In this document: piece after piece, positions 13,101-24,700 of the stretch | How positions within the stretch are numbered: position 1 is the stretch's first letter | How the letters are laid out: every line of letters starts with the position of its first letter | DNA from: Amphiscolops sp. MND2022 | Taxonomy: Eukaryota | Direction of reading: 5' to 3' | NCBI GenBank assembly: GCA_964187785.1 | Contig: OZ076411.1 | Span: 43,400,001 to 43,464,000, forward strand | DNA: 64,000 nt | Translations under genes and position numbers: made by a program | The notes under the pieces: model-generated | The model's database searches: none | What the model saw: only the letters and a program-made list of their open reading frames with translations | Told to the model about the DNA's origin: nothing

Positions 13101-14178
13101 TTGCCTTAACAACTTACCGTCCACACGTGAAATTCATCACTTACAAAACTCATCAAATTCAAAAACAACAATGGACGCTCGAACAATTGATAATCTCGAA
13201 GCAGTAGACTCATCACCCGAAACCACTGAATTAATCCAACGGTGGAGGAACATAGTAAAGCCCGGCATTTACCGTTTAACCGGGGGGAAGTGGAAAAAAT
13301 ACCACGAACCAAAATTCCTCAGAAATGAGAGAAAAGTAATCGAGGAGCGACTACAACAAATAATGAAAGAACAACATCGGGGAGACCTGAGACAAAAAAT
13401 TGGCCCGCAACAAAGTAGCGGCTTCCAGCCACAAACCAGACGGTCGGAACAATGGACAGTAGATCCATTTTGGGAGATGGACCGACCAACACCGGTCCAA
13501 CAACAACAACAACACGACCAGAGCCAATACGACAAGCCCGGACCATCATCGGCAACAGCAAACACGGAACACCAATTCGCCCAAATACCCATGGAAGAAG
13601 GCGAAATTGAGTCCGAGACGGACCAAGACCCGTCCATCTTAGAAGTACCAGCATGGAATTGGGCACGTTACGTAGGAGTGAAAAGCGTGCAATACGTGAA
13701 AATGGGGCACGCCCCCAAAGTAGCTGCACTGGACGAAAACACCTGGGACCTTGAACAAGCCGTGCGAGAGACCGAAAAGAATTTCTCAACGGATTTACAA
13801 TTATTGATGACCGAGACCACCAATGATCCCACACTACTGAAGACACTTGTTAGGTTGGAACGACAGCAGCATGAGTTGATTCCCGAAGAATACCAAATGC
13901 ACAAAAGAAAGCTATCAAGCCGATTCGGTCTGGTTTTCATCGAAGACAAAATTATTGTCCCCAAAAACCTAAGAGCGACCATCATCAGCCTCCTGCACAA
14001 AGGCCACCCAGCCATCAACAAAATGTCCCTTGCAGCACGACATTTCTGGTGGCCACGGATGACCGAGGCAATTCAAAAGAAATGTGAAACATGTCTACCC
14101 TGCAAAATGTCCGGTAAGAACATAAAACCTAACATACCTAGCACGGAAATAAATATTGTCCATGGACCGGTACAGTAA
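10117..14178 (+). pseudogene. Gypsy gag-pol polyprotein (Gag, PR, RT, RNase H, IN zinc finger)
   Basis: ATG 10117 is in frame with the 1304-aa ORF, with one TGA at 10237-10239. Motifs: knuckles CNKC..H..C and CAKCEKIGHYAKC; protease FIIDSGS; RT LLDD; RNase H TTDAS, NELELLAV, TDHQAL; IN HKGH...CETC. RT motif A reads KFHLNY instead of the usual K-x-D-L. Confidence 0.93.
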
Positions 14179-15739
14179 ATGGCCAGCGGCCAGTTTTTGC
14201 ACTTCAACGGACGGTGAAACGGCAGTAAAATTTCTCGACCAATACATTCGGCTAAACGGCATACCGAAAACAATTAGAACCGATAAGGCCACCGCCTTTA
14301 CGGGACGACTCTTCAGAGACTTCGGCAAGAAACACTATATAAAATTAATATACGGGACACCGTATATACACACACCTACCGGCCTGGTAGAGCGTGGAGT
14401 AAGAACTCTGAAAGAAAACCTACTAACAAACATTAAAGCCGGAGAACGTTTCGGAAAAGCCCTAGATATATCCCTAGACGTAATGAGAAAAACGCCTCAC
14501 ACCCGACTGGAAAAATCCGCTTTCGAACTACACTACGGTAGGAAACCGAACACGGAAATAAGTAACTTACTAAACCTGGATGAAATCGAAAAGCTAACAA
14601 AACGTTCCGTTCCAGCTAAACCAGATACCTTACAGGTATACTCTTTCAGTGGAGCTGGCGGTGTGTCTGACCAGCTACCCATGAAGCCGAAGAAAAACTC
14701 AAAAGGAGTAAGTTGTCCTTTCTTTTTTCTAGAGAAAAAACACCAACGAAATAAACTAGAAAGTGCATATTCCGATAAACCACAGCTAGCAATATCGGGC
14801 ACAAATCATACAGTAACCACCCCAAACGGAAAAGTAATACATCGAAAAATGATAAGTAAACCTATTGATTTTAACCAGGAAAACACCAACAGAGGAATTG
14901 GACCACGCGGACCGGACGGCCGATTTGTCAAATCACCATCCAAACATCAGCGGGCAATGATAATCGACTCGGACACCGAATCGGAAACACCACCAATGGA
15001 AATAGACAGCCCAAAGACGCCAGAGCTCTCCATAGATACAACCATCAAGAAGAGCACACTCGGACGAGGACGCCCAAAACTAATCTGAGACCGTGCCAGT
15101 CCAAATACAGCCAACACACCCACGCCGGGAAACAACATAGGCCCGCTGACAATCACAACGTCAAACATGACGGACACGGAAATAGACCGTGCCATAGAAG
15201 ACGCTAATAGCGCAGAGCAAGAAATTTTCATCCGAGACGAAAACGGTAAGGTACTTACTGATAATAGCACAAAATTGTTAGCAGAGAACCTGGAAAACTC
15301 TGAATTAGAACTAGCAAGTAATCTGAGCTCAAGCACCGAAATTGAAACCGAAGAAAAAGAACCTGTACGCAGATCGAAAAGACTGATAAAAACTAACCCT
15401 ATTGTTAGGTATAATAACCCAATTTGTCATGATTACAGGAAACACCGGAAACAGACTGAATTCGGAAGCCACACCGGATCAACAAAAAGCCAAACCGAAG
15501 GAGGGGAACAACAACCAGTAAACCGGTCACAAAACAAAATCTTGACGTTACGGCCAAACAACAACCGTGACAAACAAAACAGCCAGGAACGGTCAACCGT
15601 CCACCACAAACTGGACCAGTGGAGGAACAACAACCGCCACATCAGAAAGCAGGAATCCCCATTGGCAGAGATATCAGCCAATAGTAGAAGAAGAGGGAAT
15701 GTAGAGGACAGACGAACTCTCACAAACTTTAGAAACTAA
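14156..15739 (+). pseudogene. Gypsy integrase core remainder plus long C-terminal extension
   Basis: SMDRYSKW, IRTDKA and GLVERGV cover the second D and the E of DDE. ORFs 14156-15088 and 15167-15739 share a frame and are separated only by TGA 15086-15088. Confidence 0.88.
15686..15699 (+). promoter_or_regulatory. Polypurine tract
   Basis: AGAAGAAGAGGGAA immediately precedes the 3' LTR. Confidence 0.9.
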
Positions 15740-15895
15740 TTAGTCTGCTTTCTTTAGGTTATTTATATTAAATACCAGTCCTGCCACTTAAGCGCAGATG
15801 TATGTCTATACTCAGTGATACAAAAGACATCAGTGAAAACAAGTTAATTCTTAGATCTCTTACACTCTTTAACTAGCTAGAATAGAGATACAACA
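15700..15895 (+). repeat. Gypsy 3' LTR (196 bp)
   Basis: Direct repeat of 9881-10076, followed by the TSD GGTTT. Confidence 0.97.
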
Positions 15896-16749
15896 GGTTT
15901 AATCATCACTCAGTAGACACATCAGTCGTTAAAATTGGCCTAGCAATAATAGACTTGAAAACAAGAATAAGGAACAGTAGAAACAGTAGAAAACATATCC
16001 ACCAACCAAGTGGACTGGATCGGCAGTTTAACCTGAAAAGAGTTTCCTGCTTAACGTTAAGCCTTGTCACTATATACTTCCTTTAGATAACTCCTAGGTT
16101 TTGGGAAAGTTTCAGGTGATTGGTCAGTTACTTTTATTTTACCATTTAAACGGGAAACCCTGTACCTGAATGACAGACATGAAGTTCGTGGCTGATAGTT
16201 CTTTGTACTCATCTTTCTGTCAGCAAGGTCTCTATTCAAAAACTTAGTCACCATTTCGTTCATACGTTGAACCTCACTCAAGAAAGTAACTTTGTTCTGC
16301 GGAAGTTTGCGCATTTTTCTTCTTTTTCTGCGATCTCAAATAAACCCGCACACGAAATATTTTGTCTCACGAGTATTTTTTGAAATGCGGGAACCGTTCA
16401 GAGGCATGTAGTTCGATAAAGTCTACTTTTTTCTTCAGTTTTCATAAAAAGCTGCACAACGTGATTTAGAAATGTTTACTATCACTGTACATTTTGATCT
16501 GTTAGTAAAGCGACACATGTCCAAAAATGAGTACTCCAGAAGCTTTTGAAAAAAAGATGAGCCATTGGTCTTTGCTCCGCTCAGGGATGATTATTTGACA
16601 AAGACATCTACTATTGAAACTCATAAAGATAAGGTAATTTGATATAGTTGAGCATTGAAAGTGTAAATCATTACCATTTAAACTGATAAAATCTTTTGAT
16701 ATATGTGTGTCCCAAAAAAACTAGAATGTTTTTGGTTTTCTTCTCATTG

Positions 16750-17307
16750 TTTTTAGTCGCCCCTTTCCAGTGAAAAGTGCCCGACTATTACAGTGGCTAG
16801 TTTTTTAAATCAGATCACAGACCTCATCACCCTGTATGTACGACTTTTTGTGCATTGTGCACAGTTATAAAAAGTACTTTAACATGGAATACAAAACCAT
16901 TGCAAAGCAGAAGGGTCCATTTTTTCCAACAATTTTTCGTCACTATGAATCTTTCCTCGTCCCTTTTTTGGCTGTTTGAGACTATTTTTCGAAAAAAAAT
17001 TAATGTCTCACCCTTCATTTTTAAATATTTTGCAACTGATTGGATGTTGAAAAATCCCAAAGGGTCCCTCCCCCCTTTCACCTTTTTCGGCACTTTGAAA
17101 CTGCTCAAAATTCTCATTTTCCGTTTTTTGAAACTTTTTAAATGTCTCCAAAAGGCCCTTTCATTTTTTTTGATATTTTGCATAAAACTGGATTTCCAAA
17201 AAGCCCAAAGTGTTTACTATTTTAACAACAGCCCCTTTTACTGTTTCAAAAACTTTTGTCTTTTGAGCCTTAATTATAGCGCCGACTTTAGACGTTCCCG
17301 CCTTGTT
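16750..17307 (+). mobile_element. DINE-1/HINE-like non-autonomous element, copy 1
   Basis: The 5' end has TTTTT-AGTCG.. plus an adjacent partial inverted repeat (gaaaagtgcccgacta). The 3' end has subTIR GCGCCGACT (17279-17287), a short degenerate stem-loop and TTGTT. Internal motifs are shared with copies at 40363 and 60518. Confidence 0.65.
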
Positions 17308-17389
17308 CGTCCAAGCAAAAGTTATAGAGTTTACTGGTGAAACACTTTTATACTCATCAGAAACTCATGTCTCGATAAAATGCTTAGAT

Positions 17390-18040
17390 TCCCCTATTTT
17401 ATTAGTCGATTTCGGAATTTCTTCTGAGATCGTGATTTTTTCATAGCTTTTTTTTCATACATGATTTTGGATAATTTGACACTAAATTCGAACTGCGGAT
17501 AACGATCCATGGCGATTGTTTTATATTCGTAATCCTGTATAACCATCGATGAAGTTTTTTGTCTCAATTGTAGTCTTGAGTAACCATCCATGAGCATGAC
17601 TGTTACGAGATTACATGATTCTTTCATGAATTTCGAGGGTTCAGACGACACATGAATAACCATGCGTTCTATTAGCCATGAAAAATTTCAACAAAATGAT
17701 GAATTAATAACCTGTGTACTTTAGCAGAAGCCAATCAAGATTGTACGAATCAAATGCATTATTTGATATGAAAACTTTAGAATTAATTGAACCGTCACTT
17801 TCAATTCATGAATGTAATATTTCTACATCAGTGCTAAAAGCATCAACTAATACCAAAGTAAATGGGAGATTATTTGGTTATAAACGTCTAATTCAATGCA
17901 AAATCATTCATAATTGAATTCATGAGTTTTCATCCATGATCATCCTTGAACCATGGATACAATTATATTATTAAGGAACGATTCTGGACACGACCAAATT
18001 ATCTTCCATGAGCCATGGATGGAAACTGGTTAATATCGGG
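17390..18040. repeat. CCATGG/TTCATGAA-rich dispersed repeat (MITE-like, unclassified)
   Basis: Reiterated CCATG/CATGA motifs with weak CCC..TATT / AATATCGGG ends. Confidence 0.3.
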
Positions 18041-20128
18041 CATTTGTAGTTGCATTTTTTGACGTTGAAAAACAGTTTTTCTGCTAGTTCTTCATACTTT
18101 CTAAAAAAAGTTGCGGGAAGTGTATCATCGTAACAGCATCTTTGTTTTCTTCATTTTAAAAGATATTGGACCATGGCAAAATTTTTACTGTTATTAGTCT
18201 CAAATTTGCAATCTTCTCTATAAAAGTCTTAGCCTTGATAAAAACCGTAATTTTATCCCTCGAAAACTTGCTTTCATGTTGACCAGGAATGTGATAATAT
18301 CTTGAATGGCGACTCCTTGATTTTTTTTGAAAAAGAATTGTTTTATGACCTTGTTCTAACTATGGAAAATGGCGCTTTGAAAACATTCACCCTTAGGCTA
18401 TTCTCAGCCTATGCTCGTTTCCTAATAAAAATTTCTTTTTATTTGCAATTTCAGCATTGTCTAGCATTATAATTAGCCTTGAGTGGTCTTTCATTTTTCA
18501 TCTGCGTTTTGTGTAATTTCTGAAATGAGGCTAGTGTTACCATTGTCCTCATAACTTATCTTCCAAATTTGGAGCATTAGCTTCCGATTTGTGGAAATAA
18601 TTGAGAAATGAGATACAAAAAGTAGTTGGATTAATACACACAAAGTTGCTGTGAACAAATTGTTTGTCACACCCAATTTCCGGAGGTTGTTTTCAACTCG
18701 GCGCCAAGCTTATTAAAATCTGTTCAATTTTTTAACCACTGGAGACCTTCATACTAAGTGAAAAACATGTAACTAAAAAATCGAGTAGCAAAATTAGTCA
18801 CACATCGTGGTATGATTATAGACGAACCCAGGATATTGTCTACCTTTTCGATGGTAACACTTTGTTAAAATAGTGTTTTTACAAATAATTATATGCATGT
18901 TTTAATAACTTTACTTCAACAAAATTGACTTTATTTCAATCAATGATTGTCTACATTGAGTAATCATGCATATACATGCCATTTGTTACATAGAAAGAAC
19001 CTATGTTTCTCAATTGAAAATGGGAAAATGTCTATACTACAGCCAAATAGCCACTCCATAAATCTGACAAAAGCGATAAACATGGAATTTGTTGATTTTA
19101 ACTTACAAAATATCATACATCTTTTATGATTTTCAGTGAGGAGTTTTATGTTTTTTTTATAAAAGGTTCTGTAAATACAAAAATTCAATTTTGGATGCGA
19201 GCGTGTTACAATTAAACAGTTGGCACAGAAGTGTACCTTCATTAATTTTGTATGATTCATAGCCAATGCATAAAAAGAGACAGTGTTTATGCATTTATCA
19301 CAATCATGGAAAGCGTCAGTCAATGTCTCCGGTTTTAATCAATGAAACAAAGGAGACGATAAAGCTGCGCAGAGATGAGAGCTCTAGTGCCACGTCACAT
19401 TACCATTTGGTCACGTGGTCACCTGCGAGGGGGATTGGCTTGCATTGAACGATGTAAGTTTCGTGTAAACTTTCTTATTTCTTCTCCGTCACTCTTCATC
19501 TCCTTCAGATCAACAGGCACCAGAAAAACGGCAAAAAATAAAGAATTTATGCGTTGGAAGGCGGGTGATTTACCGAGTAGTGAACTAGAAACTAAACGAT
19601 CAGAAGTTAGCTTTTGACATGATATGAGTCTACTATGATCATACTAGGATGACGTACTAAACCATGCTCGCGTTTTGACATAGTATGATTCAACCTGGTC
19701 TGGACAAAAATTTCCAGATTTTTAAAACTTGGAAATAATTTGCAGTAGAACAGTACGTCCTTTTAAATGCCAGCTTTTTAAATGCTTGAAAACAGCATTT
19801 GTAACTAGAACTGTTGACAACTATTGAAACCGTTGCTATTTTTAGTTTGTGCACCAAAAACAATTTTGATCTTTATACATATAAGAATACTGTCAGTAAG
19901 AATAGTTTGATACTACAGTAAACATTGATCTCAATCCTTTCCATTGAGTGCCTTTTCTTAGAAACACTACAACGCTGCGAGATGAATTTCACTAGGTACC
20001 CGCGTTGACGAACCATGAGTTTCCATACAAGATCCATGTGAATTCCATGCATTCATGTCCATACACATGTTGTTTTTTCGCATAGAATCGCATCCCGGGT
20101 TGGAAAACAATCGCAGTCTAACTGTTGT

Positions 20129-20328
20129 NNNNNNNNNNNNNNNNNNNNNNNNNNNNNNNNNNNNNNNNNNNNNNNNNNNNNNNNNNNNNNNNNNNNNNNN
20201 NNNNNNNNNNNNNNNNNNNNNNNNNNNNNNNNNNNNNNNNNNNNNNNNNNNNNNNNNNNNNNNNNNNNNNNNNNNNNNNNNNNNNNNNNNNNNNNNNNNN
20301 NNNNNNNNNNNNNNNNNNNNNNNNNNNN
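20129..20328. other. Assembly gap (200 N)
   Basis: A run of exactly 200 N, i.e. a fixed-length scaffolding gap. Confidence 1.
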
Positions 20329-21184
20329 ATATTAAAAAAAGAAAAAAGTAAATATATATTTGAAGTATTGTTACTGTGCGATATTTCGCATCGTGATTGG
20401 CAGTTATAAACGCGTTGTTGCTCCCTGTGTTTGCTTACATAAATTGAACAAAAGCAAGGTTCCACATTACGTGTAATGTAACTAACCTACTCTGAGAATC
20501 GAGGCAATTAGACCTACTTTCTTCCGTTGACTCAGAATAAACTGTGATTCTGTTATTCAGAAAACTGATTATACGTTTTCAAGGAATTATTTGAAAATCG
20601 AGTTATTTTACAGAAAACGGCTGTCACCATTGAATTTAGAAAGTCAAGTTTTTTGTCCTGGAACAAAAATTTTTAGAATCTGAATGTTTTTTTTGCTTCT
20701 AATTAAAATACAAGAAATTCAATTCTTTGAAACCGTTTTTTGACCCACGATACGTTTGATATATCGATATACCTATCGCTCAAAAATATAATATTGATAT
20801 ATATATCGTCCAGGTTTATATCTATCGGGTATCGTTATTTTACATCCCTGCCGATGATACGGCGAAGGCTCACCGGAACATTTTATGTTGTATACAAAAT
20901 ACTGCAGACATCGTGACGCGAACCTGTAATCATTTTGTTGACAGTCCAGCATTTACCTCTGCGCTAACAGCTCTTATATTTTGTTTGCATTGCCTTAGCT
21001 ATATTTATTTTGCAGCATTGCATAAATCGCAACTTGCGGGCACGCGGTGCCAAAAGAGTTTTTACTGCTGCAGATTTATGTTTCTGAAGTTTAAAGTAAC
21101 CTCCGGAATCCATAATGAAGTAATGACAATCATAAAGTACATTTTCTGTAGTTTTCCGGTTTTCTCATTTCTTTTTTTCACAAA

Positions 21185-21325
21185 ATTCTACCGGTGTCAA
21201 CATGTGGAACACCGGTGGCCACCGGTGAAAATAGTAACTGATTAGCCAAAATTGCTTCCACCTGTGGTCACTGCTGTTCCACCGGTGGTCACGCGTGGTT
21301 TCCAGTGGTGTGCCAGTACGGGATA
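21185..21325. repeat. CACCGGTG-rich short repeat element (unclassified)
   Basis: Four ACCGGT palindromes plus CACGCGTG within ~140 bp. Confidence 0.4.
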
Positions 21326-23219
21326 GTCCATGCATGTTACAAAAACATATTCCAAACAAAAATATTCAGCGGTGAAATTTCATAGCACTAGAGTGATAAC
21401 CATCTTGTTTTGGTAAAGATTGTCCAAATTTTGTTGGGACCTCAAATTTCGAATTGAAAGCGCAATGAGTGATGATAAAACATGGCGATTTGATGACCCC
21501 AAGCGGTATACCCATAGTGTCTTTCGTTCATTGATTAACCTTCGAAAATAGTTCTGTCGCTTTTGTATCTCCAGCGGTGTTTTTGATTATCTAATTAATT
21601 CAACTTTTATTTGATCGAACAACTGAGTTCAGGCTTCAAAAATAGCTTGAAACTTCAGCGCGGGAGAAAAAACTCCAACGTATTTTTTGTGCTGAAAATT
21701 TCCAGTTGTGACCCAACATTACAGCTACCGACCTATTTTTTTCAAATATAATAAAAAAGCCGGTCATTGTAACTTTGGGACAAGAACTGAAGGGGAAGAT
21801 TTCGAATACAGGCTTTCAAGTCAATTCAATACTTACAAGTTTGTCTTTCAATGATTATTTTGTTTAATTTGTTGTAATTAGTTTTTCAACCAGCTTATCT
21901 GTGTTAAAGTTAGAGCATGATTCACATTTTACAATTACAATGGAAAAAATTGAATACTGAACTTAGGACATGCTTCACAAGAAACTGTCGTTTGTTTTGT
22001 TTTTCGATTCGAAGAGTTGAATTAATAGTCTGGGTAGCATTGGGGAGGCTTTTTGGCATCGCGTTTCTTGAATCCTCCACCTCAGCTTTTTCAGAGAAAT
22101 TACAAGTACTGATACTCGAGTGGTAAAATGCCAGACCTCACGGTTAGCCATAAGCCGCTTATAATTTCCGTTTTTTGTCGTTTTCTAGACGTTTTCACCT
22201 GCGGTGTCTTGTTCACAATGTCGATTATGGTAAACTAGCTTCTGATTTGTATTGGCGCTCTCATTTTTGCTCAAGACCTCCTGAAAATCTGCAGACTAGG
22301 GCGGTACTCACACTCACTCGTGAAAAAGTAATTTTTCATTTTTTTATTTGAAGAAGCATTGAACTATTTATCGAAAGCGGGAAATTTCTTCTCTTTCTGT
22401 TGGAGGTATGCTTACGCAACACTCTATTTACCATTGACGCTCTAATGCTCTGAGTTCTGATCCTTTTCGATTCAGATGAACAATATTTTCCATAATGCTT
22501 ACTTTGGTGACGACGTCTAGTCTGCACCTTCGATCTTCTATGATCTAAGCCCAGTCATGTAAAACATCTCATCGGCTCCTTTCATTTACACCTTTCCATT
22601 TCAGTTACAACTTTCAAAATTTTACACCGTTTCATTTTTTTCTGGAGTAAAAATGCTGAAAACTTTGAAAACTTATTTCGAATCTGAAAAATACAGGCGA
22701 TTTTTTTGCAAATTTGATGCATAGTATCAATCAATTCAAACATTGGAAATGCCGTAATTCAGGTACCTGGGGCCATCGAATTATGGGCTCTTCTCACTTC
22801 CGGGCCTTACCCCTTACACGTGTTAGAAACTAAACTTCTACTAAACTTGTAACAACCCCAAGTTCTCGAAAATCAAGACCATGCTTCAGAAAAATTTCTG
22901 TGCAAGTAAGTCTACGCAAAATGAGTACAATAGTTTCCACAATGTTCGATATACATATTAAAACTGTCATTTTGTCAAAGTCAAAGAAAACATGCATACA
23001 ACACGTTTTCCATTCCTCGACCCCATTGTATGCATTTGCATACTTGAAGCATTTACTCGAATTTTAGATGTCTGGTGATAACTCCATTGAATTTGCTTTT
23101 TGGCATCGCAGTTGTAATCTTACATAATCGGACTTGCATATTTATCGGTCTTTTTCCTACATTTCTTGAGAAAGTTCATTCCCAGGGCTTTCAACTGGTT
23201 CATTTATTTCCCTAAAACG

Positions 23220-24324
23220 ATGCCTAAAACCAGCGAAAAAATGCGTCTACAAATGAAATGATAAAATTAAACTTGCAAAATCTTTCTAATTGTGAAATTT
23301 CCAAAATAACCAACGTACATAAATCAACTGTTTCCCGAATTATCATTCGATACGATGACCTAGGACATACTAATAGCAACAAGACGCTAGCTAAGCACCG
23401 GGATATTTTGCGCTACAAATGTAATACATCAGCACGGGTTCGGACCCACCACCTCGTGTCTGCCAGACAGACGCTTTGCCAACTGCGCCATGGTGACTAG
23501 AATTTACTGAATGGAGTAGCAAGTTATTGGAATAGTCAAGTAACTACAATAGTCAAGTAACTAAAATAGTCAAGTAAAGTTGATGGAGATCGTGGAGATT
23601 TGGCAGAATTTGGAAAAAAAACGTAACACAGATTTTGATTTTCCTTCACCATTATATGTGGGCGGAAAATAACAAAAGTCCCGCTCGTCCAAAAAAGTCA
23701 ACCAAAGAATGGAATTGAATGAAAAATGATGGAAGGCGCAAAAATTGCAAAGAAACCCTCCCATTCAGGGCAAATCGACAAAAAAAGAAAATTGTGGGCA
23801 AAAATGTTGGTCGAAAAAAGTCAATTTCTGGAAAATTGTCGATTTTTTGGACAAGACTGTGCTTGAACTGAACAGTAAAGTGAAGAATCTTGTGAAAAAA
23901 TCCAAAAAACTCACTTGGATAGCCGCATTTTTGAGAAAGACAGTTTTGTTTACGGAGGTATTCGATCGAATGGCGATAGATTGCTGATACCTATAAAAAA
24001 CAAGGTTGCTTCAGATGAATACACCAAAATTCTCAAGGATCATGTTACAGACTTCCTTTATATGTATGAATCGATCCAACAAAACAACGCACGAGAAGAA
24101 TTCGAAAAAAAATCCGGTTGTGTTCGTAAGAAAACTTTATGACTCAACTCTTCGACGATTACAGGTAGTTGTTGCAAAAAGAGGCTATCGGACGAAATAT
24201 TAGACTTTTTTCTACGTAACGGTTTGTTTTGTATCTTTTTTGGATACGTTTTGTTATATTTTTGATTTGATTCCATTGCAACAAAAATTTGTACGGAGTC
24301 GCATTCTTTCTTCACACCACTGTA
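23220..24324 (+). mobile_element. Tc1/mariner-like transposon remnant
   Basis: HTH-like EISKITNVHKSTVSRII; catalytic-region VYGGIRSNG...EYTKILKDH...QQNNA (QQDNA-like); Tc1-type C-terminus LYDSTLRRLQVVVAKRGYRTKY*; terminal CCACTG-TA at 24317-24324. Frameshifted, internally deleted, and no left TIR seen. Confidence 0.7.
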
Positions 24325-24644
24325 CATACGGGATTCCGAATTGAACGAAAGTCATGAAATGATGGGGTCGAAAATTTAAATAGATATTACTCGTGAATCA
24401 ATTCTGTTTTGAACAACATGGAGTAAGTATGAACGAATTATTACTGATTACTTATATCTGTATTATATCTGTATCCTAAACTGTCACTTTGAATTGAATT
24501 AAAAATTAAAGATTTCTGGTTTGATTAGGTCTTTTGTCATATTATTTCCACTGAAACTCCAGAAAAATGAGATTCGAAAAAGGGAACAAAAAACGAAAAA
24601 TTTTATGAAATTTTCCTTAACGCCACTGTAAGCACTTCTATGAG

Positions 24645-24700
24645 ACGTAGCGCTTTCTGAGGTTTAATCAGGACGGCGATTTTAAAAGTCCCGCCTTGTT
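24645..24700 (+). mobile_element. 3' end fragment of the HINE-like family
   Basis: ttctgaggtttaatcagg...gtcccgccttgtt resembles the 3' end at 17264-17307. Confidence 0.35.

Larger units (their letters stand above)
9881..15895 (+). mobile_element. Ty3/Gypsy LTR retrotransposon (Mag/K02A2.6-like), structurally complete, coding-defective
   Basis: Two TG...CA LTRs, a 5-bp TSD GGTTT (9876-9880 and 15896-15900), a PBS and a PPT. Domain order is Gag-PR-RT-RH-IN. Confidence 0.97.

Noticed and set aside
10722-15723. Numerous antisense and alternate-frame ORFs over the Gypsy element
   Set aside because: They are shadow ORFs caused by the A-rich codon bias of gag-pol and have no motifs.
20055-20465. 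ORFs spanning the N run
   Set aside because: They are open only because N codons are not stops.
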